Counted from the first letter of the whole stretch, positions 1 through 13,689 are shown. The stretch: DNA of 63,774 bases, filler included, from Phoronis australis (GCA_002633005.1; 10 parts of 10 records of this genome joined end to end with filler, not necessarily neighbours in it), one strand, 5' to 3'. Notes: generated by a model from the letters alone, not told the origin. Translations and numbers: made by a program.

Positions 1-356
1 CACATGACTTCTGTGATGGATATTTTTCAAACTTTCCTCTATCATAAGTTTCACTTTCGTTTTCGTTTTCCAGCCAAGGGGTATAAAATATTCACTTTTC
101 CTGTCTAACATCAATTTTAATATATCTTTTACCGGTTTTTCGTCATTTCATTACTTCTTTTCTTAATAATCTCATTACCAGTAACGGCATTTTAATAGTA
201 TTTTTTTGATTTTAAAAGCCTAATGCTCATTTCATGCAAAAACCTCTAGCCTATTAACATTGATGACTTCGGTTCTTCATTTTGGTGTAAATAGACCAAT
301 CGATTTTATAAAATGTTACTACACCATCTAGTTAATTTTCCCACACATCAGGCATA

Positions 357-1889
357 CCGTATTCGCCGTAATAACCGCCCACGCCCCTATAAGCGCCCCC
401 CCACGCGTTTTCAGACTTTGCTGAAATAAGCGCCCAGTCCATGAACGTGTACATGCGAACAATGACGTACCTACAGTCCTAAAACTCGGTTACAGTAACG
501 TCTTCAATTTATCAAAAATTTTTTGCACGGGTCTTCTAAACCACCAGCGGCACTGCTACGTTTGTATTTAGCCGTGACTATACACTTCAAAGTAACGCAG
601 CGCTTCAAAAGGAACGCAACAGCGTTGCTACTCTCGCGACAACCATGTCCTACTATGGTCTGACCTTTCAGTACAGACACATCGACTGTCTCATGAAAAA
701 AAATAACTCGGCGTTAAACGCCCGTGGCCGGGAAGCGCGCGCTACATATATGAACCTGTCATCAAAGACATTACTTGGGAATTATCCATTCATGAAACAG
801 GTAGCATAGCATCAATAAGAAATGAATATTGGTACTAATTTCCGACAATTTCTAATACTATAAAACATGTTTGCGTTATTTTTGAGATAGATTGTTTGAT
901 TAACCATAATTGGTGTTTTTAAGCCGAATATCTGATAAAATGACCCTTAAACCGAAAAATAGCTGTCAGATAGTTACGTACGCATCCAGCTACATGGCGA
1001 CTAATATGGGCCTTACCGAGACAAATGTCGAACGTTTTTAGCACACGAGACCGACAAGTGCTGAATGAAACACGCTCTGGTTTAGGTCTACTGCTTGTGC
1101 AAATTTCTTTAGACACAATTAATGCACATCTAGCTCGTTAAGATTGCGTGGCTCTGGCCAAAAGACGGTCTCTGCTTTGGCAAATGAACTCTGGTGACAC
1201 ACACGCCCTCGCTTACTCAAAACGCAGACGAACTTCAAAACAAACGTCATGTGACATCAACATGTGAGTTCGTCCAGACATTTTTCTCGCCCAGTTGCCG
1301 ATCATACATGTAGATGGCACGATGTTGCACAGATTTGTACTTAAAGCTGCCGTTAATCCAGACTCCACAGGAACTTAAATGAAGATTTCAGGTAATTTGC
1401 ATGAGTGGAAACAATTTTTATTCAAGCATTGAAGTCGCCATATCGAAGACGGCGATTTAGAGGCAGTCAGGCGTCGAGTTTTCGCCCTGGGATTTCAGCA
1501 CAATTTTGTGTAAAATGATCGTAATTTAGTAGCAAATTTTGATAGCAATGCACCACAGTTTTGTTGAAAGTCTTTCATGGATTACAGATACGTCACAGAG
1601 CGTAAATTTGATGAATCTTAGCTTCCGATTTCACCCGTTTCGTAGACCGGCCTCCCGTTCAGTAACGCTACGACCTCGCTGAAAAGCAAGACTTCGCGAC
1701 ATTACGTGAGATATTGCCGTGTATTTTAAATGAGAACATGTGACCTTGACTAGACTTCAGCTAGGTCCTAGCGTAGGTCCTAACGTCTACTGAACGCACG
1801 CCGGGTTTCAACCGCCTTGGGTTATAATAAGTGCCCACCTGAACCGAACATTTTCTAAGCGCCCTGGTCGGGTATTACGGCGAATACGG
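357..1889. mobile_element. Non-autonomous Tc1/mariner-superfamily (pogo-like) DNA transposon with 25-bp TIRs and TA target duplication
   Basis: Left end TA|CCGTATTCGCCGTAATAACCGCCCA; right end TGGTCGGGTATTACGGCGAATACGG|TA (23/25 inverted match). Subterminal TAAGCGCCC motifs at both ends; no long ORF inside. Confidence 0.85.
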
Positions 1890-4889
1890 TAATAGAAATT
1901 TTTGCCAACACCAATACAACTGGATGTCCTGATATGATGGTTTCCCTGCACCTAAATTCATGGTTTTCAAAAATATCGATGGAGAGCGGGAATTCTGAAT
2001 ACTATATTAGGGAAACTATGAATTCAGCATTAGAAAACTATATATTCCATATAGATAAGGACTGCGTATTGAATGTCAGGTTCAAACCCAATTACGCGGG
2101 TGCCTACCTTGTTGAGCCAGTTCATGACCCCATAGTTTCCTCTCCGCCTTCAGCCCCTCAATCACAGACTCTTGGGCTTGAACCTGCGACTCTAGTCGTA
2201 TTTTGTCCTGTGAAATAACACTGGGGTTCAGGTACTGTTTTCATTCAGCGAAATGACAACAAAATCAATGCAATCCAGATTCTGGGAACGACACTGTGGT
2301 TTAGATACTGGCTTTGGATGCTAAGTACAGTCGTGAAATGATACATATCACTTCGGAAGTGTAATCAATTGCGAGTTGTTTCACAGATTCTATTAACACC
2401 AGTCATGTTGAGATATTACTATAGGCTCCCAACATGAAAGTAGGCCCAACATACCCACAATTCCCGCAACTGCACCCACGGCGGTTTCAAGAAAACCTGG
2501 AAAATTAAGGGTGGGCACCTACGGAAACTACAATCAGAATAATTTAGCAGCGGCCAAACTACTCTTGAATTTTGTTAACAGATGTGTAGAACGACGATTG
2601 TTCATATCACAAACACCATATCTAAATTTCGCTTGTGTGGAACATGGCAGTTAATACTTACTTCATGGCAAAAAACAAAACAATGCGCGAAGTCCACACA
2701 AATGACATGTATTAAAAGTCATTGAACACTTTAGCATTTGAAGCACACCTTTTCTACAACTGCATGATGGTGCAAGCTGTGATGCTTTAGTGCAGGTTTG
2801 CATTAGACATGGTCGATTATACTTTATAGCAATTTAAAATCAAGTGTGACGTCAGAATACATATGATATAGAATAGACTTTACAGTTCGGTGATGTGTTG
2901 GTGGTGCAACAGTAAAGTTGAGGCTTGCAAAATGAGAGAGTATGGGTTCAAATCTCAATGAAATAATTGCAACTTCAACAAAAATTGAAATGGCATTTCC
3001 AAAATAGTGGTCAATATTAAAAGTTATTGACTCCGTGATACTGCTTTCCATAATCTGTCTAAATCATGTAACAAATAAAACTATGTAGGAACCTAGAGTT
3101 TCAAAATAAATGTCCATATTTCACAACCGTAACTTTCGAACATATTAATCATGCCTCAGAACTGACTGATTGGATTCATTCAAAACTCTCATAGAATATG
3201 CTTTATGCACTAAATCTCTTTTAAAATGTTCGACTTTCGCAGTTTTTGTGAATAAATTCAAGTTACATCAAACCAAATGACAATTTAGAAAACAGCATTT
3301 TTGAGATTCCATATTGAAACTTAAACATAAAAAAATTTGGTCATATTACTGACACCGTTGTTTTGCTATGTAATTTTTGTTAAATTTGCTAAAAAGACAC
3401 TAAAGGCAGATTGTTGAAAAGTAAAAATATCAAATTCTACAGGATTTCTACTTTCTGAAAAAATAAAGTTTTACCGAGTCAAATTCTAATTTTGTACATT
3501 TGGGTAAATGCGCAGATATGTTACTGAGGTCCTACACATTAGTTTTATGTGGTATGGGTGCATCTTAGGCACTTGAGGTGGAACTAGGGGGTTCGTGCCT
3601 GAATCAAAACATTTGTCTTAAACTGAGGAGTATTTATTGTACATCAAAGAACCACATCAAACTACTGTAACAGAACTTCTGTCAAATAAATTATAGAGCA
3701 TTCCAACAAATAATGAACTTGGCTTGCGAAAGCGCTTACAATATTTCGATTTATGCATATAGATTTTTAACTGATTAGTGAAATCAACACCAATCAAATC
3801 ATTTCAATGGGAATGAACAAAAGAATACCTTAGAAAATCGAATATCAAGTCACCACAGCGTCCTTGATTGGAAAAGTCCATTGTGCTACTGGAGGGGGTG
3901 TTGGGTTACGATAATAAGAAATTAAATAAGAAGCACTGTGATTCAAAAGCACACACTATCCAAACCCATGTTCAGAGTCACAGCTGACCCGTACTACAGG
4001 TAAGATAATTATTAATTTCTTCATTCCTAACTTAAAGGGGCTCACCTCTTCCATTTCCCCAGGTGCTGACAACTTTTGCTTTTTATCAAAAGGACAAACA
4101 CATCCCCAAAGTTACGTACCAATTCCACACTCTCTCTCTCTCCATATAGTGAGTTGGTCATCTGACTTAAATTTATCTCTAAAAAACAAGGTCGCGAATT
4201 TGTCCACCAAGCTTTCCCAAAATATTCTTAGTTTGTAATTAATTTTGTGGACTTTCTTGCTATGTCTGTATTACTTCAATAATAATCTGCATCAATTTGT
4301 TAGTTTTATGTAAAAATGCAACTTTATTTTATTTTAACTACTATGGCATGTTTTGTTCTAAATTGCTTATGAATAGCACACAAAATATAACTGTTAATGA
4401 ATTATGTTACTGTAAAATAGGCGTAATGCAATGACTGAAAATCGAAATTGTGGACTATAATAATGGTCCAATTTCAAAGGTTAACTAAAGGTAACTGAAT
4501 ACCTTTGTTACCAAGGGTCACATTTTGTCAAATATTTAAAAAAAAATTTTAACTCTTGAAACCACATGTTTTCACAATGCTTGGTCTGAACACACAAACA
4601 AATTGCACAAAATTATGAAGTCACGTGTGACTGTTAGAGGTCGTCTTAACTTCCACAAATCTGAAAATCTTCACACAAAGCTTGCAAAATCATGCACAGT
4701 ATGCATTCTATTGGCTATGAAAGTGCGTCTGGGATTTTGTTTTAAAGGAGAATGCCACCCGATTTAATTTGTCTTTTTTACTGTCTTAATCGGTCTATAT
4801 CAGCATCACCTCGTATACGGTCGATCTTATCTCGCCGAGAGGTGTCGCGTTACTTTGTGAGGAAGGTGAGAGACGATGCAACATCAGTG

Positions 4890-5086
4890 GTTCTTCAACA
4901 GAGTGAGTGCAAACTATAATGCTGTGAGGAAAGCGGGTATATCGTTTTTTCGATTTCCTTGAGAGCCCATAATACTTCGGAAGTAGCTTGTTGCGGTAGT
5001 GAAGAAGTGAAAAAGTACGCCGCTAATACCAACCACGAGGCCGTGAAACTTCCCCGTGTCTGTCAGAGGCCTGCATTTCGTCGAAC
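4890..5086 (+). pseudogene. THAP zinc-finger relic (N-terminus of Kolobok transposase)
   Basis: Fragmentary translation GISFFRFP*EPIILRK*LVA...AVKLPRVC / GLHFVE contains the THAP FxFP, (W) and CxxHF hallmarks, with stops and frameshifts. Confidence 0.75.
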
Positions 5087-5214
5087 CGGTTGTTGATCAG
5101 TTTTTGATTATGAAGAATTGTAGTTGGCCATGAAAACATAAACAATTACAATTAATTCAAGGTGTGAGAACATAACGTTTTATATAACTTCCACAAATCT
5201 GAAAATCTTGATGA

Positions 5215-5547
5215 CTGGCTCGTTTGTTAGGCTTCTGTTTGGTCCCGGCTTCGGGTGTAGGATGTTTTCGCCACTTCATTTTCTCAGCCCTAAAAATGTC
5301 GTAAGCACACCTTTTTTAGACGTGGTGCAAAATCATGATGTCCGTGAGACATCAGTCTGCGCTTCTCCAAGAATTCGTTTCACTTGCGGAATTTCGTGGC
5401 AGAAAATGGAAGCGTCAGTTGTTCCATTATCGTAGTTAGCTCACTGACAACACAACAAGTTCAAATGGTTTTCGGAACTATTCCTATGTTCCGTTGTCTG
5501 TGCACGTTCACGGAGCCTCTCTATTATTTCTTCATGATTGTGTATTC
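5215..5547 (-). pseudogene. P2X7 cytoplasmic-ballast / nanor / KolX-like Zn-binding domain relic
   Basis: Minus strand reads CCQ*ANYDN...SIFCHEIPQVKRILGE, then via frameshifts CLT-H(H/Q)DFAP-L-KGVL-FRAEKMKWRKHPTPE-GPNRSLTNE. Single-base reversions give WCQCANC...CCHEI..V...CLT.H.DF, matching the P2X7 C-terminal domain pattern. Acceptor tttcacag at 5548. Confidence 0.65.
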
Positions 5548-6971
5548 CTGTGAAACCTAACAATCAACCTGTGAAGTCTTCGTCGGATGAGCACTCCACT
5601 CGTCTAAATCGGGATTGCAAGTTCCCATGTTGACGTTTATATTGTGTGTTCCTTTTCAAAATGAATTATTCTCACCCTAACCGATGCTTATATCAAACTG
5701 AAACAAAGTCTGTCTCATTAGATACAGTTTGTAATGCCTTCGAGTGTTCGTGAAGTGCAAATGTTTTGAGAAGCCAACAATGAATAAATCACTGCGTTGC
5801 CGGCTTTATATGCAAAAAACCGGCAAATTGACTGCGGGCACCAAGGCCATGTGAGCGCATGCTAATTCAGTGTTTGCTGACAGACAGCTGTTGTGAAACA
5901 ATAACTCCATTTTATACCCGATGGTCAGATGTTAGGGGAATTTTTATTTAGATATTCATATACATTACTCGAATCATTGTTAATTGTTACTGTACAACTT
6001 TTGACCTTACGGTTCTGTGGAAGGGTAACCTGACTTTGAGGCCCCCGACGAGCTAGTGAGTAGATTTGCAGTTTTGCGGCTAATTTGCCAAAATAATCAG
6101 CGTGCACATTTTTTCTNTGTTTTCGCCACTTCATTTTCTCAGCCCTAAAAATGTCGTAAGCACACCTTTTTTAGATGTGGTGCAAAATCAGGATGTCCGT
6201 GAGACATCAGTCTGCGCTTCTCCAAGAATTCGTTTCACTTGCGGAATTTCGTGGCAGAAAATGGAAGCGTCAGTTGTTCCATTATCGTAGTTAGCTCACT
6301 GACAACACGACAAGTTCAAATGGTTTTCGGAACTATTCCTATGTTCCGTTGTCTGTGCACGTTCACGGAGCCTCTCTATTATTTCTTCATGATTGTGTAT
6401 TCCTGTGAAACCTAACAATCAACCTGTGAAGTCTTCGTCGGATGAGCACTCCACTCGTCTAAATCGGGATTGCAAGTTCCCATGTTGACGTTTATATTGT
6501 GTGTTCCTTTTCAAAATGAATTATTCTCACCCTAACCGATGCTTATATCAAACTGAAACAAAGTCTGTCTCATTAGATACAGTTTGTAATGCCTTCGAGT
6601 GTTCGTGAAGTGCAAATGTTTTGAGAAGCCAACAATGAATAAATCACTGCGTTGCCGGCTTTATATGCAAAAAACCGGCAAATTGACTGCGGGCACCAAG
6701 GCCATGTGAGCGCATGCTAATTCAGTGTTTGCTGACAGACAGCTGTTGTGAAACAATAACTCCATTTTATACCCGATGGTCAGATGTTAGGGGAATTTTT
6801 ATTTAGATATTCATATACATTACTCGAATCATTGTTAATTGTTACTGTACAACTTTTGACCTTACGGTTCTGTGGAAGGGTAACCTGACTTTGAGGCCCC
6901 CGACGAGCTAGTGAGTAGATTTGCAGTTTTGCGGCTAATTTGCCAAAATAATCAGCGTGCACATTTTTTCT
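5263..6971 (+). repeat. 855-bp near-identical tandem duplication (5263-6116 / 6118-6971) joined by a single N; probable assembly overlap of two haplotypes
   Basis: Copies differ at only a few positions (e.g. GACGTGG/GATGTGG, ACACAAC/ACACGAC) and abut at N6117. Confidence 0.9.
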
Positions 6972-7163
6972 TTGGCTCACTAGTATAGTCTTTTCGTGAC
7001 TGGCAGTTTAGTTTCCAACTTTGGCTGGTTTATGTTCGTCATGTCTTCAGTCCGGTCGCGATGGGCCAGATCGGGTTCCGAGCCACACTGGCCTGGATAG
7101 CAAACGTTTTGTGTGTTTAGAACTGAAAAAATTGCAAATCTAAAATTAAAACACACAACTATG

Positions 7164-7263
7164 NNNNNNNNNNNNNNNNNNNNNNNNNNNNNNNNNNNNN
7201 NNNNNNNTTAATTAATTAANNNNNNNNNNNNNNNNNNNNNNNNNNNNNNNNNNNNNNNNNNNN
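7164..7263. other. Artificial contig spacer (44N-TTAATTAATTAA-44N); same at 9603-9702, 26635-26734, 36276-36375, 41734-41833, 53098-53197, 55995-56094, 59780-59879, 62258-62357
   Basis: Nine identical 100-nt blocks with a six-frame stop linker. Confidence 0.97.
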
Positions 7264-10200
7264 CCTTCAAGACTGTTGAAAAGAAGTAAAATGCGATAGC
7301 TGTCGTAGCTTGCATATTTGCTCCTTTTGTGCCAGTCTGTTTACGTTCGACGGGATGTGATTAAAACTTCTTCAACCTAAAGAAATAACTGATTGCTGAG
7401 GACTGTTAGTGATCACACCAGTGTCATACATGTTGGCAAGTTGAATTGTTTTTCAAATTTATTTTAAAACCTCGTGCAGCGCCATCAATTTAAAAACTTT
7501 TGTTTTGTTTCATATCTTGCAATGCCACCCTTTGTTTTGACCTTTAAATACGCCAATATGCCGTTTGTAGTTACAAACGACAAACCGTGAACCAAATGGC
7601 GTCATTCTCGATTGCTTATTTGATTTTTTCAAGTTTTGATTTAGGCTTGACAGAAATAAAGCTGCGTGGATCTTTACTTAATGCTTTATTAACGCTTGAT
7701 TTACTGCATGGTGATCACATGCGGAATTGTTTCTTTTTCTCTCCTGTATGGAGGGATTGGGAAACCAAAGTTTACGATTCCATCTTACTTTTCTTAAAAA
7801 CCACTACCATCATTGCAAACACACTTCAATATTGCGTTACAACCCGGATATGACGTTAGTCCTCGGTCATACATCGGACGATGTTCCTTCAGCAGATCTA
7901 GTTCTTATCCGGATGGTTATAGCTTGCATGATGGACAACTTTTAATCGTATCAGTGGAGCGATTGATGATTTGTGACACCGACGTCCCCGTTGCTCCCAG
8001 TGGATGCGTTCAGTATGACGTCCTTTTGACGTTTAAGACGCAGCCAAATAAATGCGAAAACCAAAAAGAATAGTAATAATAATAATTAGGGTATATTTTA
8101 CATAGCGTATCCGCTCTTCAGTAGTTTTGTCCCAGTAAAACTTCCCTGCCGTTTGTATAACCCCCATTTGTAGGGAGTCTGACAGTAATAAACACACATT
8201 TGGGCGGCACGTCTCATCTACCTGTCAGACGGGGTAGCTCCGAAGTTGAATTATTTGTAGGCCACTGTGCTTGCACAGTGAAACAGAAAGAAAAAACGAC
8301 ATGAAATGGGAAGAGGCAATATTTAATCACACGATACGTTATTTAGGGAATGTTGCAAGCATAATTAATTATTACTATGATAATCAGAGATTAATATGTC
8401 TTATAACATCAAAGACAGATAATGTACACTCTAACAATGGGAATGACTAAAACTCTGCAGTTTCGTAATAGTTTACAGTATAACTATACGCTATAACACA
8501 ACACACTTCAAAGTATTTTAACCTCATCATTTACCGCACGTATTTTCTCACTGAGCGTGAACCCAGGGTGTATATTAGTCGTTATCGGGGCTTAGTCCCT
8601 TATCAGTATACATGGGACAGCTGAGACCTGATAAGGTAAAAGGGCCGTACAAAAAGTAACTCATTAGTTACAATAAAACAATCGTACGGCGTTTGAAGTT
8701 TAAACTCCACACACCGCTAATAAGGTGAAGCCGAAGTCGTGAACTTCGAACTGAAATAAGCGACAATGAATCACCCATTGAAACAACCACTGTAATCTGG
8801 AAAAAGCACAAGGATGATTAACCAATGCCATATATTAAAAGTGGAAGGCAAACGCTTCCACCCTAAAACACGACCCTAAACCATGTTTTTTAAAGATGGT
8901 GTTGCTTGATGCAGTATGAGAAGGATTGTTCTAAAACCCCCGTGACCCCCTCGAGCCCGTCTACCCACGACCCCTCGAACCACGACCCACAACCCCTTCG
9001 ACCCACAAGCTCGACTCGATCTGAACACAGAACGTGCGCTGACTTGCAAGACCAATGAGATGGACCATGAGTTCGGCTGGATTTCCCCTGTTGTTTGCAA
9101 TTAAGGAAGTCGATTCGACACGTTTGAAAGCCAAAACAAGAAAAAAACAATGCGACCAAATCAAATCAAATGAAAGACCTACCGACGTTACAAATATCGT
9201 TCCCGACAGAGTGTAATCGTCTCCTCTGCTCTTCAGTGATTGACAGATTCAACATTTTTGCGGAGTGGTGACGAGGAACCGACAAAACTGTAATTTCATC
9301 TGTAAATACAGTTTGAAAAACAAACTGTTTAACTAAATAGTATTTCAACGTTATATGGAGTATATTGTAAACGAGTATAGAACAGAAAGCAAATAATAAA
9401 AATGTGAAATTATGTACATTCACGTTAACGGACTCTCTCCCTACGTTTAGCAGAACTGGGCTATTGGTAGCCGCTCTATTTCCGTATCAACGATAGCGCA
9501 CTCACAATGCGCTATTTCAGATCACGTTCTCACGCCACTTTCTGTTTTTAATCACCAGACTTGAGCCAGAGCAGACTGGCGTATACGTATGTCTCATAGG
9601 CGNNNNNNNNNNNNNNNNNNNNNNNNNNNNNNNNNNNNNNNNNNNNTTAATTAATTAANNNNNNNNNNNNNNNNNNNNNNNNNNNNNNNNNNNNNNNNNN
9701 NNTCTCTCATAAAGTAAAATTGTCGTGATGCAATTTGAGGGACATCAAGGACTGTTGCTTTTATCACAAACTGCAAAAAGGCTATATTTCCCGCTCATAC
9801 TGTAGGCCTAAAGACAATAAACATCTGGTCTGGGGTGTTAGTCGGACTTACTTTCCCACAAAAACCGCGTTGCCACGATTCACTTGAGGCAGGCAGCTCA
9901 GCTCGGCTGTCCGTCTGCCCTGGACCTAAGGTCAAGATTCATTTTATTATGGTCCAGTTTGGAGAAAGTTCATTCTACTAAAAAGATTCACGTTTTGGAT
10001 GTACATTTTGAAATGGCGAGGTTCCTAAGTCCCTGGCGTCAAACCATGAGACACATTTTGAATAAGAATAACTCAAAATGATATGCATTTGATGCCTCTT
10101 GCCGTCAGCACAACCACGGTGTAGGGAATTCTCAATCTCTTATAGCGCCTTCAATATTACATTTTCCATATGGATGTCTCCGACACTCTTTTGCTTTATT

Positions 10201-13200
10201 TCACATGGCGCTTATTACACTACCGAAGGAATTTGTCGGTGGGCCGTAGCTCCAGTCCTTTAATCCTGTGGCCTTATCAGAGGGAACTTCGTTTTTCCTG
10301 TGCGGCTAGATTTATCTGCAAGCATTTGATATTTGAGATTTCCTCCCATTTTTTTAAATCAAGTTTTTATGCTCCTCTAACTGTAGCTCTATTTAGCGAG
10401 AGTTGCTATCCAATCAAGTTTAGAAATTTCACAAGATCATACATAGGGTGAATCGTGAAAAATGAAAGTGAGGAAATCGTCAGCATGGCCAATACACGGA
10501 CAATATCGGTATTACGGCAAGAAAACGTATTACTAAGAATTATTGTTGGATGAGATAGATTTAAAATACTCGAATGCGTTGAACTGAAACGTAAGTACTG
10601 CTGAAGCAAAGATTTGACATGAAACATATGATTCCCATCAAGCACATGGTTTCTCATTTACTTATCGCTAAGGGGCGCTCGGCTGACTGCCAAGCACGCA
10701 GAATGAAGAATCTTGACCAAGCACCTTGACTTACATTCCGCTGCGGCTGACGTCACACGGACGGTGTAAAATGAGCCACATGTCACGAGAGTTCATGAAC
10801 CAAAAAGTGTATGTCCCTCAGTGGCGTATTTGTGTGGAAAATAAATCTTTGTGTCGGACGTTGAATCAACTCATTGTTTAAAACCCAGTTTCCAATAATT
10901 ATTTATGCTCGGAATATGTCCCGAAAATAATAGGTGCGTCGCAAGCTCCGTTTCCAGAGATACAAAGGAGACCGTGAATAGACGATATAAGGTCATTTAT
11001 TATGACTGATAAGGTACAGAAATATGAGTGTAGAAATAACATAAAGATAAAATAATAATCTCTGGAAAGATGGGCAATAAAAAGCGCCAGCACTGAGGTA
11101 AGAGGAGCGACCCAAAGGAGAGGGTGGTAGAGGGTGGGAAAAAATGAAGAGAGATTAGACTCGAACCTAAGTGCTGCTAAAGCAAAGTACCGATGGCAGG
11201 AAATATAACTTTACCGAGAACAAAGGAGCCCTATGACACGTGACAATCATCAGCCTATGGGAGCCAGGAGCTGACCAAACTCGTGGCAGTAACACAAACG
11301 AACCAATAGTGAGGCTGGAAATGGAATGTCCTAGTGCCTCGAGTGCAGGTAGGACCGCATGCGAATCTACACAAGGGGTTATTGGACCAGTCCGAAAGAT
11401 GGGGGTATAAGAGGGACGAGTCCATATTCTCACATAAATATATTTAACGAGTGAAATATCATTTATCAGCTTTTAAAGCGGCTATAAACTGGACTAACTT
11501 TCCACCCGAGATTTGTCAACTCACCAACCATAATTTTACATGTGTCAGCGAAAGCGCACGGGCGAAATGTTAAGATATAAATAGCGAGTTCACTTAGTAA
11601 AGAGCGTGCTATTTAGCCAAACCATGGCAATTATTTCTAAATGTCAGTTCGCGAATTTTAGCAAATTCGTCCATTTATTGTTTATGAACGTAAATAAACA
11701 ACGTCGAGAGGCAATTTTACTAAAAACTAAAGACTTGAAGTACTGGAGCTTGAAGCGGCTGCGCGGATAGCTAGTGAACTCCAAACTTGCAACAATCATG
11801 AAAACGCATCAAATTAATCTGGCACCTGATAATACAAATGTTAAAGGACCACGACAGCCCAAATTAGCGACAAACCTTCTAGAAACGTGTCACACAATTC
11901 GTCAACCTTAGTAGTGAGTTTTGAGAGCGAAGTTAATTAGTGCAGGACACGGGGGCTAAGCTTTGTACTCGAAGCTCGACTTGAAGACCGACCAGTTGCA
12001 TCTCACACTTCAGTGATTGGTTAAAGGTCAACTCAGATTTTATAAAGACAAACACAAAGTGACGTAATGGGCACTGCACTTCTTGGAATCTGCTCAAATC
12101 TGGTAAATGCTATCTTCTCCAAAATGGAACGGACACTAGGGGGTGCGACAGTTGTGAAATTCGTCCAAAAATCGACAGCCCATTACCGCCACATACCTCG
12201 AGGTGTCCAAAAGATTCATTGGATTTCATCATTCGCTTTTCTAGACATCATTTCGAAATGCTCTTCCCCGACCAGAGGCATAAACAGTGACATGATGGCC
12301 TAAACCCATTGCCAAATTTCACCAAAATAAGACCCGTTTTTTGCTGATATTGAACCGACAGCTGGATAACAGGACAACCATACAAAATGGTCATATTGAC
12401 GCCACATGCCTCTGGGTCAGGTTTCACTGATAATCATTGGTTGGTCCTCTAGACATCATCTGAAAACGTTCTTCCCTAAAAAGAGTGAAAAGCACCCTGT
12501 GAAGGGTACTTAGACGATGCTGTACAGTACGAATCCGCCTGAAACAATTACGAGATTTCATCTTGAACGTATACATCAAACGTACCATTGAGAAGTTTGT
12601 ATGAAGTTATGGGTCTGGATGAAATGAATTCTACGAAGTATGAATCTGTACCCTATTCGACCATAGTACTAGTGTATATTTTGTTGTGGTGACGAGTACA
12701 CTGTTCATTTTATTGGAATTAGAGAACCATTAACATATGAAGTGAAATAACAACGTGTACCCAGCCTGAACTGGGCTTGATAGTCACTTCAAAATGAAAC
12801 GTAATAACAAATCAAATATACGCATAATTACATCTAGGCTCGTATGATGACTTGATAAATTTTGCAATTAGTCTCGGAAAGTCTTAATATGAAAACTCTA
12901 AGAAGAGCGACACTTCGCGAAATCGAACGAAAAGCTTAGAAATGAAGTCGACGACAAAAGCAGGAACACCCCCCACGACGACGGCCATCATAATAACGAC
13001 GACAAAACATAGATGGTGGCAGTAACAACTACGCCGACAATGCCATCAGCCACTCTCAGCCACTCTATGACACTGACGTCGACTCATTAACAACGACGTC
13101 GCGACGCTTGCAATCAGAGCAACTCCATCACTAGTGAAACGGCGTCGCTTACACAAAACATGACAACGACTCTATAGCCGCTGCGAATGACAACAGCAAC

Positions 13201-13429
13201 GCTTGGACAACATCGACGAGCCGAAAAGATGGATTATTAATGACGAACACGGCATTAATGCGCCTGTTAAATACCTCAGACAACACTGCCAATGGCGAGG
13301 TCCACAACGACACCGGCGCCAACTATGACTAGAACATAACCGACGAGCAAAATAGGCCACCCAACGCCCGCAGCGACACCGCCGACGAAACCGCAGCCGA
13401 CATCCGTCGATAATCAAAATGACATGTCA

Positions 13430-13684
13430 CATGCGCGCACCCAGGGAGGACTCGGAGGGCTCGAACGAGCCCCCCATTTGACGAAGTGGACAAAAAGGTC
13501 CGCGTTTGAGAAACAAAAAGTCCGAGAAAATGAGATAAAACTCCAATAAACAAGCACAAACGCGCAATTCACAGTGGAGCGCCCGTGTTTTTTTTTTCTT
13601 AAGTCCGCCGGCTATTTTGTTACCAAAAGGTCCACAACGTTAGGAATTCGAGCTCCCCCATATTGAAGGCTGGGTGCGCGCATG
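13430..13684 (+). mobile_element. MITE family A, copy 1 (TIR CATGCGCGCACCCA)
   Basis: 14-bp perfect terminal inverted repeat; homologous to 21674-21905 and 37356-37599. No clear TSD. Confidence 0.85.
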
Positions 13685-13689
13685 TATGG

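Larger units (their letters stand above)
4746..7163 (+). mobile_element. Decayed Kolobok-type DNA transposon (left end plus internal part, truncated by contig end)
   Basis: Begins TTAA|AGGAGAATGCCACCC; the same end occurs at 52782 after TTAA. Contains a THAP relic on + and a P2X7-ballast/KolX-like relic on -. Right boundary not seen. Confidence 0.7.

Noticed and set aside
5263-6971. 855-bp direct repeat as LTRs or long terminal direct repeats of an element
   Set aside because: The copies abut at a single N, are internal to the element and lack terminal motifs; an assembly overlap explains them.
10406-10657. Ulp1-like protease relic (LDGNHMFHVKSLLQQ)
   Set aside because: Only a vague resemblance; no HW or catalytic Cys motif found.
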